The notes beneath the pieces are model-generated. The model was not told the DNA's origin and made no database searches. It saw only the letters and a list, made by a program, of their open reading frames with translations. From positions 71,672,001 through 71,736,000 of the forward strand of contig JBMRGM010000036.1 in assembly GCA_052327205.1 (NCBI GenBank): a stretch of DNA of 64,000 nt, given 5' to 3'. This DNA is from Somniosus microcephalus (Eukaryota). The translations under genes and the position numbers were made by a program. Positions 10,390 to 24,090 of the stretch are shown in pieces (within the stretch, counting starts at the first letter, position 1; the number at the start of each line of letters is the position of its first letter).

Positions 10390-11745
10390 TTAGTTCACAA
10401 GTCATTAAAAGTAGCGACGCAGGTTAACAAGGCCAGAAAAAATGGAAACCAAGCAGAAGGTTCATTTCTAGAGGGATAGAATTCATAAGCACAGAATTTA
10501 TGTTAAACGTGTATCGAACCTTGGTTCGATCACACGGAGCACTGTACACATTTCTGGTCTCCATATACCTTGGTTAGATCACACTTGGAGCACTGTGCCC
10601 AGTTTTGATCTCCATATACCTTGGTTAAACCACACTGGGAGCACTGTACACATTTCTGGTCACCATATACCTTGGTTAGACCACACTTGGAGCACTGTGC
10701 CCAGTTTTGATCTCCATATACCTTGGTTAAACCACACTGGGAGCACTGTACACATTTCTGGTCACCATATACCTTGGTTAGACCACACTTGGAGCACTGT
10801 GCCCAGTTCTGGTCTCGATATACCTTGGTTAGACCACACTTGGAGCACTGTGCACAGCTCTGGTCTCCATATACCTTGGTTAGACCACACTTGGAGCACT
10901 GTGCTTAGTTCTGGTCGCCATATACCTTGGTTAGACCACACTGGGAGCACTGTGTACAGTTCTGGCCGCCATATACCTGGTTAGACCACACTTGGAGCAC
11001 TGTACATAGTTCTGGTCACCATATACCTTGGTTAGACCACACTTGGCACACTGTACATAGTTCTGGTCACCATATACCTTGGTTAGACCATACTTGGCAC
11101 ACTGTACATAGTTCTGGTCACCATATACCTTGGTTAGACTACACATGGCACACTGTACATAGTTCTGGTCACCATATACCTTAATTAGAACACACTTGGA
11201 GTACTGTACATAGTTCTGGTCACCACATAAAAAACACAGAGGCACTGGAGAGGGTACAAAAATGACTTGCAAGGATGATACCAGAACTGAGAGGTTATAA
11301 CTATCAGGAACAACTGAACAGGCCGGGGCTCTTTTCTCTAGAGAAGAGAAGGCTGAGGGGTGACCTGATCGAGGTCTTTAAGATTATGAAGGGTTCGATA
11401 GGGTAGATGTAGAGAAGATGTTTCCACTTGTGGGGGAGACCAGAACTCGGGGCCATCAATATAAGATAGTCACTGATAAATCCAATAGGGAATTCAGGAG
11501 AAACTTCTTTACCCAGAGAGTGGTGAGAATGTGGTACTCGCTACCACAGGGAGTGGCTGAGGCGAATAGGATAGATGCATTTAAGGGGAAGCTGGATAAA
11601 CACACGAGGGAGAAAGGAATAGAAGGATATGCTGATAGGGTGAGATGAAGAGGGGTGGGAGGAGGCTCGTGTGGAGCATAAACACCGGCACGGACCAGTT
11701 GGGCCGAATGGCCTGTTTCTGTGCTGTACATTCGATGTCATTCTA
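10390..11745 (+). mobile_element. CR1 LINE 3' portion with internal 51-bp array
   Basis: gttcacaagtcattaaaagtagc (VHKSLKVA), [13 protein letters not shown], tail ttgggccgaatggcctgtttctgtgctgta. Confidence 0.9.
10518..11230 (+). repeat. 51-bp CR1-derived tandem array, ~14 copies
   Basis: Unit accttggttagaccacacttggagcactgtacatagttctggtcaccatat and variants. Confidence 0.95.
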
Positions 11746-12502
11746 TGCAGTGGGGATGGTGCCCAGGACAGAGGTGCCCCTACACCAGCAGCACGTCCCA
11801 TCCAACAGCCTAGCGTGAAGGATTTTTCTTTTTCAATGGGTGCTTTTTTCCATCTGCTCTTAGATTGCTGTCAAAACTCATTGTGCTGTGAAGATTTTAA
11901 ACGATCCGTTTCCCTTGTTTGCTTCAGAAACTGGGAGAAAATAAAAACGATTTGATTCCGGCATGCAAATGCATTGAATGCAAGACACACAATAGCACTG
12001 CTGAAATATTCAGCTGCTTTGTCCTTAATATTTCCTAACGTGGAACCTTTGATGTGCTTAGTTCATGGACAAATGTCATTCAATTAGGTTTAAGAATTCT
12101 GCTGGCATTGTGTCGAAGTACATGTTCCCGACTCAAAGAGCTTGTGCTGCTGATGAATTGAAGATGTTCGCGTTGGGCCGTGCGAGGGCTCTTTTCTTCC
12201 TTATTCAGTGGCACAGAATAGAGCTTCCCAAATCACTTCGAAATAATTCATCTGTGGCTTTTCAATCTGTAAGCTCGAAGATAACTCCCCACCTTCAACC
12301 TCAACCCTGGTAACAGCATTTGCAGAGGGTCCCAACGTGCTGGAACTGCAAGGGTTGGCCATGAATTTCCTCCATTCCCCTTATACAGTAATAATCCAAT
12401 TCAGATCCGTCCTTGATTGCAGTCTGAACTCTGAATCCAACGCAGGATTTAATCCAGGCTGATGCTCAGTGCGCTGGTGTACCCTTGTGTGACAAGGCCT
12501 GT

Positions 12503-12910
12503 TTTTTAATATTCGTTCATGGGATGTGGGCGTCGCTGGCGAGGCCCAGCATTTATTGCCCATCCCTAGTTGCCCCTTGAGAAGGTGGTGGTGAGCCACC
12601 TTCTTGAACTGCTGCAGTCCGTGTGGTGAAGGTGCTCCCACAGTGCTGTTAGGGAGGGAGTTCCAGAATTTTGACCCAGCCACGATGAAGGAACAGCCAA
12701 TATATTCCCAAGTCAGGATGGTGTGTGACTTGGAGGGGAACTTGGAGGTGGTGGTGTTCCCATGCGCCTGCTGCCCTTTTCCTGGGTGGAAGAGGCCGCG
12801 GGTTTGGGAGGTGCTGTCGAAGAAGACTTGGCGAGTTGCTCCAGTGCATCTTGTCGATGGTGCCGTACACACTGCAGCCATGGTGCGCCGGTGGTGGAGG
12901 GAGTGAATGT
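12503..12910 (-). mobile_element. CR1/Zenon-like LINE 3' end
   Basis: SFIVAGSKFWNSLPNSTVGAPSPHGLQQFKKVAHHHLLKG; tail gggatgggcaataaatgctgg; same family at 45345, 50425 and 63820. Confidence 0.75.
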
Positions 12911-13094
12911 TTGTACCTGAGATTTCAGGGGCACCAGAGAGCTTTCAGTCCCAGGCCTCGTGAGCTGGATTGTCCACGAACAACACCACAGGAGATCTAT
13001 TGTTTTATTTAATCTACATTGCACTGTCAGTTTAGCCTCTTTCTCAGATTCCAGTGCTGTTTTGGGTCTCCCCTCACTTTTCTCAGATTCTGCA

Positions 13095-13250
13095 AGTCTT
13101 CAGCACAAGGGGTGATTGAGGGAGAGACTAGAACATCATTTAACATGGAACTAGGAAAGTATTTGAAAAAAGAATATAAAATGGTATGGGCAAGGGAGCA
13201 GGGAAGTGGGATTAGAGTAGAGACCCCAGTTGAAGGGCTAGCACTGCTGA
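13095..13250 (+). mobile_element. Degraded CR1 3' end immediately upstream of the 36-bp satellite
   Basis: caaggggtgattgagg...tttaacatggaactagg...agcagggaagtgggattag resembles other CR1 tails in the window. Confidence 0.55.
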
Positions 13251-13252
13251 CT

Positions 13253-16200
13253 GAGAGATTCACTGGAGCAGGAGATCGGAGACAGAGTGAGAGATTCACT
13301 GGGGAGGGAGATCGGAGACAGAGTGAGAGATTCACTGGGGAGGGAGATCGGAGACAGAGTGAGAGATTCACTGGGGAGGGAGATCGGAGACAGAGTGAGA
13401 GATTCACTGGGGAGGGGGATCGGAGACAGAGTGAGAGATTCACTGGGGAGGGAGATCGGAGACAGAGTGAGAGATTCACTGGGGAGGGAGATCGGAGACA
13501 GAGTGAGAGATTCACTGGGGAGGGAGATCGGAGACAGAGTGAGAGATTCACTGGGGAGGGAGATCGGAGACAGAGTGAGAGATTCACTGGGGAGGGAGAT
13601 CGGAGACAGAGTGAGAGATTCACTGGGGAGGGAGATCGGAGACAGAGTGAGAGATTCACTGGGGAGGGGGATCGCAGACAGAGTAAGAGATTCACTGGGG
13701 AGGGGGATCGGAGACAGTGAGAGATTCACTGGGGAGGGAGATCGGAGACAGAGTGAGAGATTCACTGGGGAGGGGGATCGGAGACAGAGTGAGAGATTCA
13801 CTGGGGAGGGAGATCGGAGACAGAGTGAGAGATTCACTGGGGAGGGAGATCGGAGACAGAGTGAGAGATTCACTGGGGAGGGAGATCGGAGACAGAGTGA
13901 GAGATTCACTGGGGAGGGAGATCGGAGACAGAGTGAGAGATTCACTGGGGAGGGAGATCGGAGACAGAGTGAGAGATTCACTGGGGAGGGGGATCGGAGA
14001 CAGAGTGAGAGATTCACTGGGGAGGGAGATCGGAGACAGAGTGAGAGATTCACTGGGGAGGGAGATCGGAGACAGAGTGAGAGATTCACTGGGGAGGGGG
14101 ATCGGAGACAGAGTAAGAGATTCACTGGGGAGGGGGATCGGAGACAGTGAGAGAGATTCACTGGGGAGGGAGATCGGAGACAGAGTGAGAGATTCACTGG
14201 GGAGGGAGATCGGAGACAGAGTGAGAGATTCACTGGGGAGGGAGATCGGAGACAGAGTGAGAGATTCACTGGGGAGGGAGATCGGAGACAGAGTGAGAGA
14301 TTCACTGGGGAGGGAGATCGGAGACAGAGTGAGAGATTCACTGGGGAGGGGGATCGGAGACAGAGTGAGAGATTCACTGGGGAGGGAGATCGGAGACAGA
14401 GTGAGAGATTCACTGGGGAGGGAGATCGGAGACAGAGTGAGAGATTCACTGGGGAGGGAGATCGGAGACAGAGTGAGAGATTCACTGGGGAGGGAGATCG
14501 GAGACAGAGTGAGAGATTCACTGGGGAGGGGGATCGGAGACAGAGTGAGAGATTCACTGGGGAGGGAGATCGGAGACAGAGTGAGAGATTCACTGGGGAG
14601 GGAGATCGGAGACAGAGTGAGAGATTCACTGGGGAGGGGGATCGGAGACAGAGTGAGAGATTCACTGGGGAGGGAGATCGGAGACAGAGTGAGAGATTCA
14701 CTGGGGAGGGAGATCGGAGACAGAGTGAGAGATTCACTGGGGAGGGAGATCGGAGACAGAGTGAGAGATTCACTGGGGAGGGAGATCGGAGACAGAGTGA
14801 GAGATTCACTGGGGAGGGAAATCGGAGACAGAGTGAGAGATTCACTGGGGAGGGAGATCGGAGACAGAGTGAGAGATTCACTGGGGAGGGAGATCGGAGA
14901 CAGAGTGAGAGATTCACTGGGGAGGGGGATCGGAGACAGAGTGAGAGATTCACTGGGGAGGGGGATCGGAGACAGTGAGAGATTCACTGGGGAGGGAGAT
15001 CGGAGACAGAGTGAGAGATTCACTGGGGAGGGGGATCGGAGACAGAGTGAGAGATTCACTGGGGAGGGAGATCGGAGACAGAGTGAGAGATTCACTGGGG
15101 AGGGGGATCGGAGACAGAGTGAGAGATTCACTGGGGAGGGAGATCGGAGACAGAGTGAGAGATTCACTGGGCAGGGAGATCGGAGACAGAGTGAGAGATT
15201 CACTGGGGAGGGAGATCGGAGACAGAGTGAGAGATTCACTGGGGAGGGAGATCGGAGACAGAGTGAGAGATTCACTGGGGAGGGAGATCGGAGACAGAGT
15301 GAGAGATTCACTGGGGAGGGAGATCGGAGACAGAGTGAGAGATTCACTGGGGAGGGAGATCGGAGACAGAGTGAGAGATTCACTGGGGAGGGGGATCGGA
15401 GACAGAGTGAGAGATTCACTGGGGAGGGGGATCGGAGACAAAGTGAGAGATTCACTGGGGAGGGAGATCGGAGACAGAGTGAGAGATTCACTGGGGAGGG
15501 AGATCGGAGACAGAGTGAGAGATTCACTGGGGAGGGAGATTGGAGACAGAGTGAGAGATTCACTGGGGAGGGGGATCGGAGACAGAGTGAGAGATTCACT
15601 GGGGAGGGGGATCGGAGACAGAGTGAGAGATTCACTGGGGAGGGAGATCGGAGACAGAGTGAGAGATTCACTGGGGAGGGGGATCGGAGACAGAGTGAGA
15701 GATTCACTGGGGAGGGAGATCGGAGACAGAGTGAGAGATTCACTGGGGAGGGAGATCGGAGACAGAGTGAGAGATTCACTGGGGAGGGAGATCGGAGACA
15801 GAGTGAGAGATTCACTGGGGAGGGGGATCGGAGACAGAGTGAGAGATTCACTGGGGAGGGAGATCGGAGACAGAGTGAGAGATTCACTGGGGAGGGAGAT
15901 CGGAGACAGAGTGAGAGATTCACTGGGGAGGGGGATCGGAGACAGAGTGAGAGAATCACTGGGGAGGGAGATCGGAGACAGAGTGAGAGATTCACTGGGG
16001 AGGGGGATCGGAGACAGAGTGAGAGATTCACTGGGGAGGGGGATCGGAGACAGAGTGAGAGATTCACTGGGGAGGGAGATCGGAGACAGAGTGAGAGATT
16101 CACTGGGGAGGGAGATCGGAGACAGAGTGAGAGATTCACTGGGGAGGGGGATCGGAGACAGAGTGAGAGATTCACTGGGGAGGGAGATCGGAGACAGAGT

Positions 16201-19200
16201 GAGAGATTCACTGGGGAGGGAGATCGGAGACAGAGTGAGAGATTCACTGGGGAGGGGGATCGGAGACAGAGTGAGAGATTCACTGGGGAGGGGGATCGGA
16301 GACAAAGTGAGAGATTCACTGGGGAGGGAGATCGGAGACAGAGTGAGAGATTCACTGGGGAGGAAGATCGGAGACAGAGTGAGAGATTCACTGGGGAGGG
16401 AGATCGGAGACAGAGTGAGAGATTCACTGGGGAGGGAGATCGGAGACAGAGTGAGAGATTCACTGGGGAGGGAGATCGGAGACAGAGTGAGAGATTCACT
16501 GGGAGGGAGATCGGAGACAGAGTGAGAGATTCACTGGGGAGGGAGATCGCAGACAGAGTGAGAGATTCACTGGGAGGGAGATCGGAGACAGAGTGAGAGA
16601 TTCACTGGGGAGGGAGATCGGAGACAGAGTGAGAGATTCACTGGGGAGGGAGATCGGAGACAGAGTGAGAGATTCACTGGGGAGGGGGATCGGAGACAGA
16701 GTGAGAGATTCACTGGGGAGGGGGATCGGAGACAGTGAGAGATTCACTGGGGAGGGAGATCGGAGACAGAGTGAGAGATTCACTGGGGAGGGGGATTGGA
16801 GACAGAGTGAGAGATTCACTGGGGAGGGAGATCGGAGACAGAGTGAGAGATTCACTGGGGAGGGGGATCGGCGACAGAGTGAAAGATTCACTGGGGAGGG
16901 AGATCGGAGACAGAGTGAGAGATTCACTGGGGAGGGAGATCGGAGACAGAGTGAGAGATTCACTGGGGAGGGAGATCGGAGACAGAGTGAGAGATTCACT
17001 GGGGAGGGAGATCGGAGACAGAGTGAGAGATTCACTGGGGAGGGAGATCGGAGACAGAGTGAGAGATTCACTGGGGAGGGGGATCGGAGACAGAGTGAGA
17101 GATTCACTGGGGAGGGGGATCGGAGACAGTGAGAGATTCACTGGGGAGGGGGATCGGAGACAGAGTGAGAGATTCACTGGGGAGGGGGATCGGAGACAGT
17201 GAGAGATTCACTGGGGAGGGGGATCGGAGACAGAGTGAGAGATTCACTGGGGATGGAGATCAGAGACAGAGTGAGAGATTCACTGGGGCGGGAGATCGGA
17301 GACAGACTGAGAGATTCACTGGGGAGGAAGATCGGAGACAGAGTGAGAGATTCACTGGGGAGGGAGATCGGAGACAGACTGAGAGATTCACTGGGGAGGG
17401 AGATCGGAGACAGAGTGAGAGATTCACTGGGGAGGGAGATCGGAGACAGAGTGAGAGATTCACTGGGGAGGGGGATCGGAGACAGAGTGAGAGATTCACT
17501 GGGGAGGGAGATCGGAGACAGAGTGAGAGATTCACTGGGGAGGGAGATCGGAGACAGAGTGAGAGATTCACTGGGGAGGGAGATCGGAGACAGAGTGAGA
17601 GATTCACTGGGGAGGGGGATCGGAGACAGAGTGAGAGATTCACTGGGGAGGGAGATCGGAGACAGAGTGAGAGATTCACTGGGGAGGGGGATCGGAGACA
17701 GGGTGAGAGATTCACTGGGGAGGGGGATCGGAGACAGAGTGAGAGATTCACTGGGGAGGGAGATCGGAGACAGAGTGAGAGATTCACTGGGGAGGGAGAT
17801 CGGAGACAGAGTGAGAGATTCACTGGGGAGGGAGATCGGAGACAGTGAGAGATTCACTGGGGAGGGGGATCGGAGACAGAGTGAGAGATTCACTGGGGAT
17901 GGAGATCGGAGACAGAGTGAGAGATTCACTGGGGCGGGAGATCGGAGACAGAGTGAGAGATTCACTGGGGAGGGAGATCGGAGACAGAGTGAGAGATTCA
18001 CTGGGGAGGGAGATCGGAGACAGAGTGAGAGATTCACTGGGGAGGGGGATCGGAGACAGAGTGAGAGATTCACTGGGGAGGGAGATCGGAGACAGAGTGA
18101 GAGATTCACTGGGGAGGGAGATCGGAGACAGAGTGAGAGATTCACTGGGGAGGGAGATCGGAGACAGAGTGAGAGATTCACTGGGGAGGGGGATCGGAGA
18201 CAGAGTGAGAGATTCACTGGGGAGGGAGATCGGAGACAGAGTGAGAGATTCACTGGGGAGGGGGATCGGAGACAGGGTGAGAGATTCACTGGGGAGGGGG
18301 ATCGGAGACAGAGTGAGAGATTCACTGGGGAGGGAGATCGGAGACAGAGTGAGAGATTCACTGGGGAGGGAGATCGGAGACAGAGTGAGAGATTCACTGG
18401 GGAGGGGGATCGGAGACAGAGTGAGAGATTCACTGGGGAGGGAGATCGGAGACAGAGTGAGAGATTCACTGGGGAGGGGGATCGGAGACAGAGTGAGAGA
18501 TTCACTGGGGAGGGAGATCGGAGACAGAGTGAGAGATTCACTGGGGAGGGGGATCGGAGACAGAGTGAGAGATTCACTGGGGAGGGAGATCGGAGACAGA
18601 GTGAGAGATTCACTGGGGAGGGGGATCGGAGACAGAGTGAGAGATTCACTGGGGAGGGAGATCGGAGACAGAGTGAGAGATTCACTGGGGAGGGGGATCG
18701 GAGACAGAGTGAGAGATTCACTGGGGAGGGAGATCGGAGACAGAGTGAGAGATTCACTGGGGAGGGGGATCGGAGACAGAGTGAGAGATTCACTGGGGAG
18801 GGAGATCGGAGACAGAGTGAGAGATTCACTGGGGAGGGAGATCGGAGACAGAGTGAGAGATTCACTGGGGAGGGGGATCGGAGACAGAGTGAGAGATTCA
18901 CTGGGGAGGGGGATCGGAGACAGAGTGAGAGATTCACTGGGGAGGGGAGATCGGAGACAGAGTGAGAGATTCACTGGGGAGGGAGATCGGAGACAGAGTG
19001 AGAGATTCACTGGGGAGGGGGATCGGAGACAGAGTGAGAGATTCACTGGGGAGGGGGATCGGAGACAGAGTGAGAGATTCACTGGGGAGGGGGATCGGAG
19101 ACAGAGTGAGAGATTCACTGGGGAGGGAGATCGGAGACAGAGTGAGAGATTCACTGGGGAGGGAGATCGGAGACAGAGTGAGAGATTCACTGGGGAGGGA

Positions 19201-21140
19201 GATCGGAGACAGAGTGAGAGATTCACTGGGGAGGGGGATCGGAGACAGAGTGAGAGATTCACTGGGGAGGGAGATCGGAGACAGAGTGAGAGATTCACTG
19301 GGGAGGGGATCGGAGACAGGGTGAGAGATTCACTGGGGAGGGGGATCGGAGACAGAGTGAGAGATTCACTGGGGAGGGAGATCGGAGACAGAGTGAGAGA
19401 TTCACTGGGGAGGGAGATCGGAGACAGAGTGAGAGATTCACTGGGGAGGGAGATCGGAGACAGAGTGAGAGATTCACTGGGAGGGAGATCGGAGACAGAG
19501 TGAGAGATTCACTGGGGAGGGAGATCGGAGACAGAGTGAGAGATTCACTGGGGAGGGAGATCGGAGACAGAGTGAGAGATTCACTGGGAGGGAGATCGGA
19601 GACAGAGTGAGAGATTCACTGGGGAGGGAGATCGGAGACAGAGTGAGAGATTCACTGGGGAGGGAGATCGGAGACAGAGTGAGAGATTCACTGGGGAGGG
19701 GGATCGGAGACAGAGTGAGAGATTCACTGGGGAGGGGGATCGGAGACAGTGAGAGATTCACTGGGGAGGGAGATCGGAGCCAGAGTGAGAGATTCACTGG
19801 GGAGGGGGATTGGAGACAGAGTGAGAGATTCACTGGGGAGGGAGATCGGAGACAGAGTGAGAGATTCACTGGGGAGGGGGATCGGCGACAGAGTGAAAGA
19901 TTCACTGGGGAGGGAGATCGGAGACAGAGTGAGAGATTCACTGGGGAGGGAGATCGGAGACAGAGTGAGAGATTCACTGGGGAGGGAGATCGGAGACAGA
20001 GTGAGAGATTCACTGGGGAGGGAGATCGGAGACAGAGTGAGAGATTCACTGGGGAGGGAGATCGGAGACAGAGTGAGAGATTCACTGGGGAGGGGGATCG
20101 GAGACAGAGTGAGAGATTCACTGGGGAGGGAGATCGGAGACAGAGTGAGAGATTCACTGGGGAGGGGGATCGGAGACAGAGTGAGAGATTCACTGGGGAG
20201 GGGGATCGGAGACAGTGAGAGATTCACTGGGGAGGGGGATCGGAGACAGAGTGAGAGATTCACTGGGGATGGAGATCAGAGACAGAGTGAGAGATTCACT
20301 GGGGCGGGAGATCGGAGACAGAGTGAGAGATTCACTGGGGAGGGAGATCGGAGACAGAGTGAGAGATTCACTGGGGAGGGAGATCGGAGACAGAGTGAGA
20401 GATTCACTGGGGAGGGAGATCGGAGACAGAGTGAGAGATTCACTGGGGAGGGGGATCGGAGACAGAGTGAGAGATTCACTGGGGAGGGGGATCGGAGACA
20501 GAGTGAGAGATTCACTGGGGAGGGAGATCGGAGACAGAGTGAGAGATTCACTGGGGAGGGGGATCGGAGACAGAGTGAGAGATTCACTGGGGAGGGAGAT
20601 CGGAGACAGAGTGAGAGATTCACTGGGGAGGGGGATCGGAGACAGAGTGAGAGATTCACTGGGGAGGGAGATCGGAGACAGAGTGAGAGATTCACTGGGG
20701 AGGGGGATCGGAGACAGAGTGAGAGATTCACTGGGGAGGGAGATCGGAGACAGAGTGAGAGATTCACTGGGGAGGGAGATCGGAGACAGAGTGAGAGATT
20801 CACTGGGGAGGGGGATCGGAGACAGAGTGAGAGATTCACTGGGGAGGGGGATCGGAGACAGAGTGAGAGATTCACTGGGGAGGGAGATCGGAGACAGAGT
20901 GAGAGATTCACTGGGGAGGGAGATCGGAGACAGAGTGAGAGATTCACTGGGGAGGGGGATCGGAGACAGAGTGAGAGATTCACTGGGGAGGGGGATCGGA
21001 GACAGAGTGAGAGATTCACTGGGGAGGGGGATCGGAGACAGAGTGAGAGATTCACTGGGGAGGGAGATCGGAGACAGAGTGAGAGATTCACTGGGGAGGG
21101 AGATCGGAGACAGAGTGAGAGATTCACTGGGGAGGGAGAT
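13253..21140 (+). repeat. 36-bp purine-rich satellite, ~7.9 kb, ~220 copies
   Basis: Unit gagagattcactggggaggg(a/g)gatcggagacagagt, highly homogeneous. Confidence 0.98.
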
Positions 21141-21802
21141 GGGAAGAGGTGTTAATTCCTCAGCTGCTGGCTGGGGGGAGTGTTGAGGATCTGGAAGGAG
21201 GGCAGTTTTCTCGAGCAGTCAGCGTGTGACTCGGGCCACAGCAGGAGCACGTACAGAATGAAAGTAGCTGGGTACGAAGCGAAGAAAATAGAAAAATATG
21301 TGTGTTGTGATTGACAGTTCATATATATATATGGGCGTGTGGGTGTATATTTATAAGGTTTAAATTCCTTACAAATACAATGTTGGCCTTTTTGGGTATG
21401 TGAAGCGTATTTTGGTTTTCAGTCAAGGGCACTTTGTACAGAGATGTGATAAAGAGTTGCATTCAATGGATGTTGTAAGTGTATAATTACAGACCTGTTC
21501 TTTACTCGATTAATCCTCTTTCTTGTTCTATTGATTTTTACCGGTTGCTTGCAGCTTTCAATGCATTCAGTAATGAGAATTAAGCTTTAATCCAGCGTAA
21601 TGCCAGATAAAGAGGTTCTGTGTAAGCAAAATCTTCCATTCAAGACCTGCCCACTCAACGATCTTTAGAATCTTCCATTTGTATTTTTAATGGAATCTAC
21701 GGTGAGACTTAACGCTTTCAGAGAGAGCTCGAGAACTCTCTGATTTCTGACCGCTCACCAGTGATTTTGAATTGGAAATGAGCGGAAGTTTCTGAACATG
21801 GT

Positions 21803-22967
21803 GTGCCAGCCGTGGTCCAGTGAGTATCTCTCTCTCTCTCCCTCTCGCCTCTGAGCCAGAAGGCCGTGGGTTCGAGACCCCACTCCAGAGACGTGAGCCC
21901 ATAATCCAGGTCAACACTCCCAGTGCCAGTACTAAGGGAGCGCTGCACTGTTGGAGGAGCAGTACTGAGGGAGCGCCACACTGTCAGAGGGGCAGTACTG
22001 AGGGAGCGCCACACTGTCAGAGGGGCAGTACTGAGGTAGCGCCGCACTGTCAGAGGGGCAGTACTGAGGAGCGCCGCACTGTCGGAGGGGCAGTACTGAG
22101 GGAGCGACGCACTGTCGAGGGGCAGTACTGAGGGAGCGCTGCACTGTCGGAGGGGCAGTACTGAGGGAGCGCCGCACTGTCAGAGGGGCAGTACTGAGGG
22201 AGCGTCGCACTGTCGGAGGGGCAGTACTGAGGGAGCGCCGCACTGTCGGAGGGGCGGGACTGAGGGAGCGCTGCACTGTCGGAGGGGCAGTACTGAGGGA
22301 GCGCCGCACTGTCGGAGGGGCAGTACTGAGGGAGCGCCGCACTGTCGGAGGGGCAGTACTGAGGGAGCGCCACACTGTCAGAGGGGCAGTACTGAGGGAG
22401 CGCCGCACTGTCAGAGGGGCAGTACTGAGGGAGCGTCGCACTGTCGGAGGGGCAGTACTGAGGGAGCGTCGCACTGTCGGAGGGGCAGTACTGAGGGAGC
22501 GCCGCACTGTCGGAGGGGCGGTACTGAGGGAGCGCTGCACTGTCGGAGGGGCAGTACTGAGGGAGCGCCGCACTGTCGGAGGGGCAGTACTGAGGGAGCG
22601 CCGCACTGTCGGAGGGGCAGTACTGAGGGAGCGCTGCACTGTCAGAGGTGCCGTCTTTCTGATGAGACGTTAAACCGAGGCCCTGTCTGCTCTCTCAGCT
22701 GGACGTAAAATATCTCACGGCACTATTGAAAGAGCAGGGGAGTTCTCCCCGGTGTCCTGGCCAATATTTCTCCCTTAACCAACATCAGTAAAACAGATTA
22801 TCTAGTCATTTATCTCATTGCTGTTTGTGGGATCTTGCTGTGTGCAAATTGGCTGCCACATTTCCTACAGTACAACAGTGACCACACTTCAACTATACTT
22901 CATTAGCTGTGCATCGCTTTGGGCGTCCTGAGGTCGTGAAAGGCGCTATATAAATGCAAGTCTTTTG
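21803..22967 (+). mobile_element. Full-length SacSINE1-like DeuSINE with internal 33-bp array
   Basis: tRNA-like head cagccgtggtccagtg...gggttcgagacccc, array, Deu core, tail aaggcgctatataaatgcaagtctt. Confidence 0.9.
21925..22650 (+). repeat. 33-bp SINE-derived minisatellite, ~22 copies
   Basis: Unit gcagtactgagggagcgccgcactgtcggaggg. Confidence 0.95.
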
Positions 22968-23428
22968 TGAGTAGATTGGGCCTATACTTTTTGGAGTTTA
23001 GAAGAATGAGAGGTGATCTCATTGAAACATGTAAGATTCTGAGGGGGATTGACAGGGTAGATGCCGAGAGATTGTTTCCCCTGGCTGGAGAGTCTGGAAC
23101 TAGGGGGCATTGTCTCAGGATAAGGGGCCAGCCATTTACGACTGAGATGAGGAGGAATTTCTTCACTCAGAGGCTGGTGAATCTTTGGAATTCTCTGCCC
23201 CAGAGGGCTGTGATTGCTGAATCGTTGAGTATATTCAAGGCTGAGATTGAGAGATTGTTGGACTCTAGGAGATTCAAGGGATATGGGGATCGGGCGGGAA
23301 AGTGGAGTTGAGGTGGATGATCAGCCATGATCTTATTGAATGGCAAAGCAGGCTCGAGGGGCCGAATGGCCGACTCCTGCTCGAGGGGCCGAATGGCCGA
23401 CTCCTGGTCCTAATTCTTATGTTCTTTC
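22968..23428 (+). mobile_element. CR1 LINE 3' end
   Basis: ORF 22967..23311 RLGLYFLEFRRMRGDLIE...[17 protein letters not shown]; gctcgaggggccgaatggccgactcct duplicated in the tail. Confidence 0.92.
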
Positions 23429-23552
23429 CTGGATTCTTGGTGCTGTGTCAGTGGCCACACTAGTGACAGGCCTGTGCTCACTGCCTCTTGTCTTGATGTC
23501 CATCCCTGGTAGCTCTGACCTTGGAGTCTATGGGAAGAGTTGCAGTAAGCAT

Positions 23553-24090
23553 TCTCTCTCTCTCTCTTAGGCAGTCCCTTGGAACCGAGGATGACTTGCT
23601 TCCACACTAAAAATCAGTTCTCAGGTGACTGATGAGTCCAATGCGGGACCTGCAGTCTCTGTCACAGGTGGGGCAGACGGTAGTTGAAGGGGCTGGTGGG
23701 TGGGGTGCTTGGGTTGACCTGCGCTCCTTCCGCTGATTGCGCTTGGCTGCCGCTTGCTCCCGGCGAAGAAACTCGAGGTGTTCGGCGCCTTCCCGGATGC
23801 TTCTCCTCCACTTAGTGCGTTCTTGGGCCAGGGATTCCCAGGTGTCGGTGGTGGGGATGTTGCACTTCTTCAAGGAGGCTTTGAGGGTGTCCTTGAAGCG
23901 TTTCCTCTGCCCACCTGGGGCTCTCTTGCCGTGTCGGAGCTCCGAGTAGAGCGCTTGTTTTGGGAGTCTCGTATCGGGCATGCGGAGAACGTGACCCGTC
24001 CATCGGAGCTGATCGAGCATGGTCAAAGCTTCAATGCTGGGGATGTTGGTCTGAGCGAGAACACTGACGTTGGTGCGCCTATCCTGCCAA
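23553..24090 (-). mobile_element. RTE-clade LINE 3' end
   Basis: QLRWTGHVLRMPDTRLPKQALYSEL..GKRAPGGQRKRFKD, C-terminal CPTC..RSRIGLISHLR finger, (GA)n tail. Confidence 0.9.

Noticed and set aside
13019-21186. Long ORFs (up to 959 aa) of ERFTGEGDRRQS / RDSLGREIGDRV repeats
   Set aside because: Stop-free translation of a 36-bp satellite in several frames on both strands; 1-2 nt indels switch frames freely
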